A program made the translations under genes and the position numbers. A stretch of 64,000 nucleotides of DNA, taken from positions 1 through 64,000 of the forward strand of contig UYFQ01000843.1 of NCBI GenBank assembly GCA_900617105.1. The letters are read 5' to 3'. This DNA is from Hydrurus foetidus. Lineage: Eukaryota. The notes beneath the pieces were generated by a model, which made no database searches, was not told where the DNA came from, and was given only the letters and a program-made list of their open reading frames with translations. Below are positions 37,801-50,100 of this stretch, piece by piece (position 1 is the first letter of the stretch; every line of letters begins with the position of its first letter).

Positions 37801-40587
37801 AAGGCAGAGAGAGAGAGAGTGAGAGAGGGAGTGAAGAGGAAGGGCGGTAAGAAGTAGGGAAGGAGGGAGAAACGGAGGAAGGTAGAGTGGAAAGGGTGGA
37901 GGAGGTGGTGTGAAGGGAAGGAGGGAGGTAGGGAGGAAGAGGGAGGGGGAATGCATATGAAAATTGATAAAGATAAGAAAGATGCATTTCTTCTTCTCGC
38001 ACAAAATGATCAGGGTGAAATGCTGAGTACAAGTGAAGGGGGACTGAGCGTAGAGCATAGTAGAGCGCAACGCCTTATGATCATGCGAGAGGGTAGAATA
38101 GGCAGGACAGGAGAAAGGGAGAAGGGGGAAGTTCAGTACAGTACACTACACTACATTACACTTCACAACACTACACTACAGAACAGTACTGTTCAATACA
38201 ATACAATAAAGTACAGTAAAACACAACAAAATACGGAATGTACGTGCGTACGTACATTACGAGTGTGTCAATGAGTCCCCTTGGGGCGGACGAATAATCG
38301 TAATTCGAATCTTCTCCCTCCTCTATATCATCAAGCGCACCCGCTCCACATATATGAGTAGACTGATTATCGCAATCGTCACTATCACATCGGAGTCGGA
38401 GAAGCTTCTGGAGAATCTTCCTGGAAGAAACTCCTTTTGAAAGGACATTTGGTATGGTGCCTACGACTTTTTCGAGTTTTAGAATAGCCCATGCTGCGCT
38501 GCTGAGTGACGAGTAGTCGCCATCAATGTTGCACTGAAATGTTAAAAGAAGAAAAGGGAGAGAGGAAAGGAAGGAAGGAAGGAAGGAAGGAAGGAAGGAA
38601 GGAAGGAAGGAAGGAAGAAAGGAAGGAAGGAAGGAAGGAAGGAAGGAAGGAAGGAAGGAAGGAAGGAAGGAAGGAAGGAAGGAAGGAAGGAAGGAAGGAA
38701 GGAAGGAAGGAAGGAAGGAAGGAAGGAAGGAAGGAAGGAAGGAAGGAAGGAAAGAAAGAAAGAAAGAAAGAGGGGAGGATGAAAGGGAGAAAGCGCTTAA
38801 TGACAGCGTAGTACATTCTTATTTCGTTTTCCAGGTTGCTTCAAGTGCACTGTATTGCACTGAAATACGTAACATAGTATGGAATAGAGTCGCATAATTC
38901 CACAAGCGCAATTAAAGTGTTCCATTAAATTCAAAAGTGGGAAAATCATTTTTTACTCTTTTTTCTGGTCCCATTAAACAAGCATCACTTGATCGTATTG
39001 TGACCTATTAAGCGCCCTCTTTCTCACATGCACTAACAGAGGCGTCAGTCAGTCAATATCAGCAATTCTTCTATTCATCATCATTTCCTTTCAATTCATT
39101 TCACTTTTGTGGAATAGAAGGGTTAAACTAGAAAACGGATATTTAGAAAGTGACATCAGTAGTACTGTGCGTCATTCAATCTCAACAGAACAAAACAACC
39201 CCAAATAGAGTAGAGCAATACATCACATCACATCACATCACATCACATCACATCATACCGCACTACGTCACATCTTATCTCATCCAATCCAATCCCATCA
39301 CAGCACTCCACTCCACACCACGCAACACCACTCCACACCTCACTACTGCACTGCACTCCACTCCACTCCACACCACACCACGCAACACCACTCCACACCA
39401 CACCACTCACAGCAGTACGCACTTAAGAATGCAGTGGAGCACTACCTCTTTGTAGACGTATTTTAGTTCGAGAGAGAGAAGGTCGCTGTCCAGAGTTAGA
39501 AATCCTAAATGGTATTCACCGATTGTCGCCTAAATCCGTATAAAATATTTAGTATAAAATAGAGTAGAATGATGATAACGGTGAAATTTGACGTGATGTG
39601 GTATATCAGTGCTGGTGGTTTTATGTAGCAGCAATATAGATATTTGGACATATTCTAATTGTGCATTATTCTTACATGTGAATTCAGTATCAAATTTATC
39701 AAGTCAGGGTGATATTGTCCATTGTCACAAGTTACGTAAGATGACAGCGAATAAATGAATGAGTGTACGCCTTTCCTTTCGATTCATAAGTCGCTGAGTA
39801 ATGCTATTGATTCTTCATTGTGGTTTCTTTTCATCGGTGCCTCGGGATGATGAAGAATATGTGAATATAGCTTCCGAGATATGATGTTCTCTAATTTAGT
39901 GAGTCATGCTGAACTGTAACTCTTCGCACATCAAAGTGATTTCCATGCTGCATGCTGCACAACACAGCACGATGAAATAAATAAGGCTTTTTGATACCTG
40001 GGAAAGTACGCCCTCATCCTCTAGTATCTGCTCGCATGCGATAGTGCGATGCGGAATGAAGTAAATATGGTGCTGGCATTTCAGACCTATGTTTAATAGG
40101 CGTCAGTTGCTTATCATGAGCGATTGCAGAGAACGTTAATGGAATGATACTAGTCACATCGCTTTTGCATAGCTTCAGTAACCATCGTTATGTGATGTCG
40201 ACCAGCAGGAACGTATATGCCGTTGTCTACGATGAAGAAAAGACAATCCTAGAGGAAAGTGGTTTCACCTAATTTGATACACTCCCGGATGTGGTGCGAA
40301 ACTGTCTTCATTACTTCGAAATTTGGTCGCACCAAATAGCAGATGTTATCTGGTACGTCGCGACCCAGGTCAGCCTCGAATAGCGTCGACAGATGTGGTG
40401 CGTTTAAATCATATTGAGATACTTTGTTTTCTTTCATGACCTTTTGGTTCCCTTCGAACAAAATTTCGTGCAGCAGCCTCTTCAGACTATTCTCCAGTAC
40501 CAAGCACTTGCGCCCTCTCAGGGAATCTAGTATCTCCAATAATTCTGACTTTCCCTGCTCGCGAACATATTTGAAGGATTCCTCCAT
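30931..40587 (-). CDS. VPS33: Vacuolar protein sorting 33 (Sec1/Munc18 family, HOPS/CORVET subunit), about 14 exons
   Basis: Exon 40587-40269 VREQGKSELLEILDSLRGRKCLVLE..NICYLVRP; 40086-39998 HIYFIPHRTIACEQILEDEGV; 39529-39446 LTLDSDLLSLE; ~38533-38260 GTIPNVLSKG; ~37695-37540 DREIDPFSPLVTPLTYEGLI; ~36810 VRNFSIEHIGPFLQSKA; ~35485-35370 ISEIHDFVKKIP..LDQHINIAE; ~33843-33680 VLRLLCLLSLSNGGL..IIQTYGY; ~32540-32390 DLSYAAAGYAPLTARLVQ; last exon LVFISGGTSLLEVAAFR..IASTSIMNGNTLL, TGA at 30931. GT-AG boundaries were checked for the first exons; the rest are approximate. Confidence 0.92.
32020..32360. repeat. (CACTA)n/(CTACT)n microsatellite, VPS33 intron
   Basis: Direct reading. Confidence 0.9.
32600..32765. 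repeat. (TTGTG)n microsatellite, VPS33 intron
   Basis: Direct reading. Confidence 0.9.
33334..33460. repeat. (GATAA)n microsatellite, VPS33 intron
   Basis: Direct reading. Confidence 0.95.
33951..34556. repeat. (AAAAG)n microsatellite, ~600 bp, VPS33 intron
   Basis: Direct reading. Confidence 0.95.
34740..34995. repeat. Compound (TTAG)n/(TCAG)n microsatellite, VPS33 intron
   Basis: Direct reading. Confidence 0.95.
35490..36450. repeat. Compound (GAGT)n/(GAAT)n/(GGAAT)n microsatellite, ~1 kb, VPS33 intron
   Basis: Direct reading. Confidence 0.95.
38563..38772. repeat. (GGAA)n microsatellite, VPS33 intron
   Basis: Direct reading. Confidence 0.95.
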
Positions 40588-41191
40588 CGAGCAGTAGACA
40601 GCGATTTCAAAAACCGCGATGTCACGTCTCACAAATCACTCCGAAAAACGAAGACAACGACAATTATTCAGCTGTCATGACTGTGCACCCAAATATCAAA
40701 AGGTGTCAGGGAACTGCACTGTCAAAAAGTGTCGAAAACTCTCACACGATCATGTCAAAGTGTCCAGTGACTTCTTGCCTACTTCTTACTTCTTGGGAGG
40801 GTTGTTACTTACAGAAGATGATGTATCAACTAATAGTTTTAATTGACATCTCAATCAATCATTCTGCAGCAGACCTTTGGGGACAGCAGCAGTTCTTGAA
40901 TCCAACCAAGAAGATGATGGGATTCGATTTAAACTGAAAGTTTGACTTCATGTCTACAATCATCAGCGTTTCTCTCGCTCCAATGGTCGCGACAATGATG
41001 TACCGATGGAGGAACTCGAAATTATGGAAATTTTGTTTTGGAGACACCCGTTAATGTTCTACTTCTAGACCACTAAACATTGAACATAAAGACATCTTTC
41101 TGAGCTAACATCCCCTCAGTAAAAATCTGAAGTAGGATTACATCAACAAGTAGCTGCTGGAAGAGAACTCGCGCTGTCATTTCCTTTGATA

Positions 41192-44100
41192 ATGGAGAGC
41201 AAGGGTGTTCTGAGAGGGGAAAGTTCGTCGAGTTTTTTTCTGGAGTCAGATGCGAAGCATCTCAGTTCAATAGTTGAAGTCGATACAGATCAACTTGAGA
41301 AATATTTGGGCAGTATGCAAGAAAAACTTGCGAAGCATGACACTATCTGTGAGTCCTTTCCGATTTTGTCTCGAAAACTCGATCTATGTCTCCTAGACGT
41401 TGATGTTATCAGGCAGAAGTTTTATCAGGACATGCACAATCAACAGCAGCAGCAGGTACCATCAAATCGAAAGGAATCAACACTTTTGTCTTATGTGTAA
41501 CGGAATGCGAAGAGTGATAGTTACTCACATATATTCTATCTAGAAGGAATCAACAGCTTTGTCTTGTTTGCGATAGTCTGCATCCAGTAACAATTATTCA
41601 CATGTGGACTAGTTGACATCTACAGTAGCAGAGTGATGATTTTTTATCATCCTGTAAAAACTCAACTTGATGATACAGATGCCCAATTATTTGAGTCGTA
41701 AAACCAAGTATTTCACAACCATAGATTAACCCCAGGAATGTAACTGAGGGAACAATGATGTTACTGATGTATTGGATTACTGTATGCATGTCAGCTTATC
41801 TATCATTCGACCCATGAATCTCTTTTCTTTCAATGAATGTGACAGTGTAGCACACTGCAGTGCAACGAGTCTTGATAATTTATTCTCCGTATTATTGCGT
41901 TGCACTGCAATGCATTCTATCGTGTAATACCAAATATCTGAGACTGCTTTGTATTGCATTATGTCCTGATTGCATTCATCCTTTCTACAGAACGCTTGAC
42001 TTACCGGTATTCAATTCATATTTGAATCTGCTGGTGAACTATGATACTGCAGTATACTTTCACAGAACATGATAAGCTCTAGTTCAAAGCTGAGAATGCT
42101 ATTTGCATCTTCTCGTGAACGGTATTCACACCTCACAATCCACAAATTATTATCACCTGATGTCACAGAATGCTGGTCCCACCTCTGACCCACGATCCGG
42201 TCCAGAGTCTGGCATTAGTTCAGGGTCTGTCGCAAGGTCTGGTCCAGGGTCCTCCCAAGAGTACCGTCGTTACACGGATGTTTTGGGATTTTTGAGAGGC
42301 GAGCTAGAGGCTCTTCGAATCGTCACGCGGAGAATCGAAATGCATCAGGCGAGAGAGGGAGAAGTGTTTGGAGATATATCAGGTGAGGGTGTGGTGTGGT
42401 GTGGTGTGGTGCAGTTAAGCATGATGTGATGTGACACTGTCTCATTCATCAAGCTATTGCGACGCAGAATTTGATGCCACAGAATTCCCGTCCTTCTTTC
42501 ATCATACCATTTTGATTCAAATTTTGCAGTTTTGTGTTTCTGTTTTCTATTTTCGAATTATTAGATTTACAGAGAGAAGTACGTGAAATGAAAAAACAAA
42601 TAAAAGAGAAAGAAGAGAAATGGAATAGCAATTGTATTTCAGAAGACAAAAAACAAAATATCGAGAGCATCAATTTGTCAAAATTAAGGGAAAATAAATG
42701 CAGTAATGGAAATAGAAATGATGATGAAAAGAAAAACACCATAAAATTGACGAAAATAAAAGTGAAGGAAAGAAGACTGTCAACTCCTGACACACCAAAT
42801 AGTGGAATAGAGTGCGATAAGAAAGAGAAGTCAGATGTTACCCCTCCTGTTAATCAAGTACATAGGAATAACCTAATTGAGGAGGAAGACAATTGTAACA
42901 CGGAGTGCGACATATTTAATAAGTGTCACGCTAACTTTATCCCTAAAAGTATTACAAACGAAAACTTGTTGAAAAAAACGATTCCTCCCGAAGAAAATAA
43001 AAAGCAACGGGAAAAAATGATGGAAAAACAAGAAGAAAAACAAGAAGAAAAGGGAAAAAAGGAAATAAAAGGATTGTTTTTTGAAAACGCAGCAGTCGAA
43101 AAAAGAAACGAAAATTCAGACACTAAAAAAGTTAAAAACGAAAAAAAGAAAATCGTTCTAGATAGCAGCAAAGTTATTTCACTTTTAACGGATCCAGTAG
43201 AAAACGAAAATTCCACGGATTTGATCGAAAGCAAAATTTCACCGAAAGACACTTCTTTGCGTAATTCCAGTTTTGGACATCGAAGTGTCCTGCCTGTTAG
43301 TGGTGGGGACAGTACTATATTGTCCACTGCTATCTCTACCTCCTCTCCAACTCCATCTTCAAAGCATTCTAATAATGAAACAGAAATATTGAGAGACAAG
43401 AAGGATGAATATAGCAGTGCTGGTAACTATTTTTACTCCATTAAATCACACACAAATAATCATTCTATAAGTAGTGAAAAAATAATGCATAAAAATGGTG
43501 ATATGAGGAGAAGTGATAATGGCGATAAAAATGATACGTCTTTAGAGCTGACATGGAAGAGTATCTTGCAAGAAGTTCAGAGGAATAATAATGCCAAAAA
43601 CGGTCACAGAAATGAGAGTCGCAATGACGATAACTGCCGTAGCGACACGGAGTATGACAGTCGGCATCATAACAAAATAAGAAATACTAATAAAAATTAC
43701 CAGAACACAAATATGCAAGATGCCGTTATTTCTCATTTATTGACTTTGTCTATCCGGATTGACGAACACTTAATCAGCATCAAAAAAGTTGAATGCAGCA
43801 CCAAAAAGATGCAAGAACAGGTGTGACTAATTACCATCAGAGTCAATCTATTTCATGTCTAGTTGGTCCAATTGCCACTTCTCTGTTTTTAACAGAAATG
43901 ATCGAATCAGTCATTGGTTGGGATGTAGTCATCTGATATCGATATTTCACGTATTTAATATTTAACAAATATTTTGCTCCCTAAAATCAAACCAATCACT
44001 TTATATTTCCTGTAGGTCTTCGATGAAAGTCTTACCATCTGTTTTGGTCACTCAGATTAACAAACAATTCTCGTACTTTTATATCATGAATTCATTATTT

Positions 44101-47100
44101 TTCTCATTTTTTAATAGCACGAATTAGAATTGGTAAAGAGTAAGAAAAATTCTCAACGGAAATCATTAAACGAAATGTTTACAGCTTGCGGCAGTTGGTA
44201 AGTGAGCAGTTGTGATATGTCGTTTGAACTCCTTCGTTATCACATCCAATTCTTTTATTCCGTTATTCAAGAGTCCTGAAATGCTGGTCATTTTGTGTTG
44301 TAGACTGATGTAATGTAGTATACAAAATAGACTACTTTACGACTTCCAAGCATGCGCGCAATGCAATATCAATGATTTGTGATTTTGATATACGGTAATC
44401 AGTCTACACCACTTCACTGTGCACTCCTCAAACGATTTATTTGGGATTTGATGCATGTGTGAGATCAGAATTTTAATCGAAATCTCATTCGAATTGAATG
44501 AAACAAAACATTTTTTCACTTTTTTATCTCATTTTGTTCACAGAATTATTGTTGTTTATTTTTCATATCTGCAGGAAAAGAAAAATTCTTCGGAACAGTC
44601 TTAGCGTTCGATTCAACACATGGAAAGGTCAGAGTTATTACAAAAAAAGTATCTTTTTTCCTCTGTTTTTTCAACCGACGTGTCAGTACTTTCTAACTTT
44701 TACAATTCTCATTTTCCTTTTTATTTTTATTTTCTTTGTTTGCTATTGAAATTTCAAATTGCATACCTGCTAATGCAGAACTAAATAAAGGTGAAAATAC
44801 TGTGATAGTAGAAAATACAAACAAAACCTTTTCGAAAGGAGAAAATGATATTGGAAGTAAAAGTGAAATAGGAAATAAAAATGACGAAAACATAAAAATA
44901 GACAAATTGTCAGAATCGAAATTTGTCCAGAAAGCAAACGAGCGCAAAAGCAAAGAGAAATCAAATCAAAAGGAAAGGATATTCCGTCACTACGCTGAAG
45001 GTAAAATTTTGATATAATTCAAATTCGTGATTGAAGTAGTTCTATGCTGCTGTTCGATAAGAGACTTTGTTCTTTGACACACGAAACATACAAGATTATT
45101 ATAAGATTAAGTAATGTGTGCTATTTGATATTGCACTATGTCATATATTGATGTATGCTATCATGGTCTTCCGTATATCTTTCTAAATATCATTAACATA
45201 TATAATAAATTGAATACAACATAAATAAATACCAATTACATAGATTCGAGTACTAAAAACAAAGCAAAAGATTTTATCTGGGCGTTGAGGAATTTTGATT
45301 GGATGAAAATAAAACTGATTCCCATCTTTTTGAAGTGGAAAATGAGGTAACACGAATTCTAAAAAGTCTGTGTTAGGATTTGAGTACATTTTTGATTTGA
45401 ATGTGTTTCAATTGTTTGTTATAGATAACTTTACCCGCCAGCGCAATTTAATCGTTTTTGTGTTATATTTTTGTGTCGCATCTATTTATCTTTCTCCCAT
45501 TATAATTATGCAGCAATGTACAACTGTAGACAGACAGATAGATAGATATAGCGATGTCAAGGGACGTGTTTTACTGCTGATCCGATCCACGTATAATCTG
45601 GACCCACCCCTATAACGACAATCCACACACACTATCTGTACCGTACTGTTTCCACTTTGCAGTACGGTACATATAGTGTGTGTGGATTGCCGTTATAGGG
45701 GTGGGTCCAGATTATACGTGGATCGGATCAGCAGTAAAACACGTCCCTTGACATCACCTGGAAGAGATGTCAGTAGGTGCGAACGATACATGACATTGTG
45801 ACATTTATTATCATAGTGAAGAATGTGACCGCCAGTATTAAGTCGGGAATTCATGCGCGTATTTTATGTACTCGGCACTATGACGAATACAAAAACTCTT
45901 CACTTATTCCGTTTCTCAATTTGACAATTTTAATTTGACAATTTTAATTTGACGATTCAGAACGGTAGAACTCAGAGATGTCGAATTTCAAAGAGAACAA
46001 GAAGAAGAAAGAGTGGAACTAGAACTTCAAATTCTGAATGTAAGTACAATAAAGTACAATATCATTGAAATCACTATAATATTGTAATTGCAAACAAATT
46101 CCATTTTTCATTTTGTAGTGTCATTTCGAAGCAAATTTTCTCATTGCAAATCTTAATTCTTGCTTCTCTCATTCTCACTGTAATGCAGGATAAAGTGGCA
46201 AGAAAAAAATTGATCGCAACGAAATGGTATCACACGACATTTCCGAAAATAGATAAATATTTTCGAAAATGGATTCGTTGTGTAACATTGATAAAAAGCG
46301 GTTTAACAAGTATGAAGAAAAAGAAATACTACGAGAGTGCTAAGAACTTATATGACGTGAAGAAAAATGAAATAAATGAAGATAAAAATGAAAATGAGTG
46401 TAACGAGAGTGATTGTAATTTAGTAAATAGCGATAACAAAAATGAAAATAAGAGTAAAAAGAATTCAGCATTGCGCATCACTCAAACGACAACAGTGACA
46501 GAAAGTGTCGAGATGATATCGTTGGAAGAAATTGTGAACAGAGAGTTACACCAAGTATGTAAAGGAGATAGATTTGCTTGCCTTCACTCACTCACTCACT
46601 CACTCACTCACTCACTCCTCACTCACTCATCCACAGATACCAACCCATCACCCTCAAAACACATACCACTACATTTGAAAACGTTGATGGCTGTTTAGTC
46701 ATGTAAATTGAAAATAGCATTTGTCGTTATTATTGTTAAGTTTGATTTATAAGAAATAATTGGTACTTAATTTACATAATTAGACACTCATCTTATTCAT
46801 TACTAACTACATAATCCAATTATCATTTTAGTGAATGACTTTCTCACAATTTATCATATCTTTGTATTGCATGAGTTCCTTTTCTTTTTTTTATTGACGA
46901 TTATTTATTCATGACATTTGATTCATCATTCCAAACGTATAATTCTGATTTTATTTTTTTAGATTCCGACCAGTTTGGAAGAAAAATTACAAAAACGCGA
47001 AAATTTAGTTTTTACTTTGAATAAAATGTTGAAAGATAGGAACATTTCAAATGATGTGATTGCGATTAAGTGCATAATAAGTCTGATACTGAAGGTGAGT

Positions 47101-50100
47101 TCTCATCTCCACTTGACTCTTCATAATTCAATTTTTGAGCCTCTGAATTTTTTCTTTTTCATTTTCTGATGTCCAAAATTTAGAATGCGAATTCATTTCA
47201 CGCATTTTATTCCCCACTAAATTCTCATCACATTTTTATGTTTCTGATATGCAACATCTGCCTATCAAATTAAATAATGACCATTTTATCCTCATTTTTA
47301 ATAATGTCGTGTTTTATCACATAATGCAACTTTTCTGGACAAATAAAATAATTTAATCGAATACGAATTAGTATTTCATTAAATACTAATTTAAAATTTT
47401 TAACACAATAAAACTCTATCGACAATTCTAATCAAGATAATATGCATTAACAATGGAGACAAATATGTTGTATGATATTTGTCAGCCTCAGAACGCCACA
47501 ACTTACACTGATCTTTCCATAAATAAAGTGACAATATTGTGTTTTAATATCAGGTGAATAATGTTGCTAAGTTGGATTGCGATAAAAGATACAATGAGGA
47601 ATTGGAAAAAACCAAACGTCTAATAGAAACATTAACCATTGACGTTAATTCGGAAAAAAAGAAAATAGTATTAATGTCCGAAGTTTTCAATAAAACAGAG
47701 AAAAAAGTAAGTCATCGTATCTAGACCATCTTTCCGTCATCAAATTAACTGAACAATCAGCAAAGTTTAAATAATACCATATTTTATTCAAATTCTTACG
47801 ATGACGATATTGTTCGAGACATCCAGTACTCACGTATTCATTTTCAAACTATTTTGTATTTTGCAATTTTCCTGATATATATCGATTTCACGAATTTTGC
47901 TTTTTCTCGATATGGCGTGACTAGCTGACCTCATTTTCAATTACAGTGTGAATTATTGATTTGATGTTTAAATTTTTTTAATGTCAGTAGCAGTCATTGA
48001 TCAGACTAACAACCAAAAATTAATGCATGTAAAATGGCAACATCTATCTATCAAATCCCCAAAACAGAAATAAAAATGTTGCACTAAAATGCCCATGTTA
48101 AATATATCTATCAGGTAATGTCAATCAAATTGGAATCTGAAGAAATATTTTCTAATCACAAAAAAGATTTCGCAAAGTTACTTGCAGATACAGTCGGTAA
48201 GTTACAAATCTAAAAAGTAGAAAAAAAAAGGAAAAAACAAGTTTTGAGTTGTTATAGTTGATCTGATTGATGTAAAGAAAAATGGTATTCTTCTTTCTCT
48301 GCTCCTTTTCAACTTATTTTTTCATCTTAATTTCTTTCCCCATAGGAAATGCTGTTGACATTATAAATTTCAAACTCAGCACAATGCTTTTGAAGATCAG
48401 AGAAATGTCAGAACAAAGCGCTCTGTGGGAAGGTAAAAGTGTTCCTTTGTTTTGTTTGTTTGTTTGTTTGTTTGTTTGTTTGTTTGTTTGTTTGTTTGTT
48501 TGTTTGTTTGTTTGTTTGTTTGTTTGTTTGTTTGTTTGTTTGTTTGTTTGTTTGTTTGTTTGTTTGTTTGTTTGTTTGTTTGTCAGCTGTGTACCTGTAT
48601 ATGTCTTGTCTACTTCTTGTTTCTCTAGCCATCTTCAATTTAATTCCATCGCACGAACAATACCCCTAACTCTCATACTATAATCGCAGTTCAATTTCAA
48701 AAAATGGAGGAAAAAGTAAAAACTAGCGATCACAAAATGGAGAAGTTGTTGCTCAATTACGGAGATCAATTACTGCAAATTAAAGCTCTCGAATTAGGTA
48801 TTTATTTCTCAGTTTTTAGTCTTACCTACTTCAGTGAAGTTTTACGATTATATTAGAAACTCCGTCACATTCATCTTATTTGACTTTATTTTGTTTTGTG
48901 TTACTTTACTTTACATTTTTTTTCTTTACTTTATTTTCCAGGGCATTTAAATTACATGCAAGAGAGAGTTGGTAAGTGAAGATTAACTTATAAGAAAATG
49001 CATCTAAAAATCTCAGAACGCATCTAATATAATGAATGTGAATATTTTTAAGATTATTTCATCTGCTTTAATTCCTCTTACGTCTTATTCGTGATGAGAT
49101 GTTATTTATTTAATTTGTATTGCAACCATCATTGTCTTCTTCTCTAGATCACCTCGAATAATCTTAAATGATCTTAAATCAGTATGGAATAGGGACATGA
49201 AACAAGTTTCACTGACTGCCGACACAACACAAGAAAAATTCCGCGAATTTCATCAATGGCGAGAAAATTACGAAATTTCAATGAAAACGGAATTTTTAGC
49301 TCTAATGGTATTTACAATAATCTTTATATATTTTTTATTTACAATTGTGTTCTTACTTTCTCTCAACTGTCTTTATTTTTTATCGTCAGAATTTTATCAA
49401 GAGTGTTATCATGATTAGCGCCATTCTAAGCATTCTTATTGCAATTGCCATTTGATTAAAATTGTTACCATTATTGTTGTCGTAATTTCTATTAACATTG
49501 TTATTATTATTTACTAATGTGATAATCGTCATGACTATTATTACTTATAATATACTATGTAATAATCGTGATTATTATTTATTATTCCAACACTCCTCAT
49601 TGCTGTCATTATCTGTGTTATCCCGCCTATTATTGTTACTTTTACCGCATTCTTTTTATCTCATTGTTAACATCGTAATGACCATTTGAATCACCTTGAT
49701 TCTATTCTATTCGATTTTTGTGATGTTTTTTTTCTGTTAATAACACCTGCATTTTCTTCATTCTTATAACAACATATCTATTCTACTCTATCCTATACTC
49801 ATCTCCACTATTTTACTCTGCTCTATTCTTATCTCCTCTGTTCTATTCTATTCTATACTATTCTATTCTGTTTTTATCTATTCTAATAAAAGTAATGATT
49901 ATTATGTAGGACGAGAACAAAGAAATTAGTCGATCACTTATCGCATCATCTAAACTAGAAATGGAAAAAGAAATTGAGTTGCGCGGAGTGAAAGACAGAA
50001 TCGAAGACTTGGAAGTGGTGAATCTCGCACTATTTATGTTGACATCTATACCGAATACTAAACACATCGTACATACTGTGTGAGTGTTTTACAACTTACT

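Noticed and set aside
45756..45923. Hammerhead ribozyme or tRNA-derived SINE in the repeat tail
   Set aside because: I could not find a CUGANGA...GAAA core with flanking stems, or A/B boxes, on either strand by eye. An Infernal search would be needed to exclude it fully.
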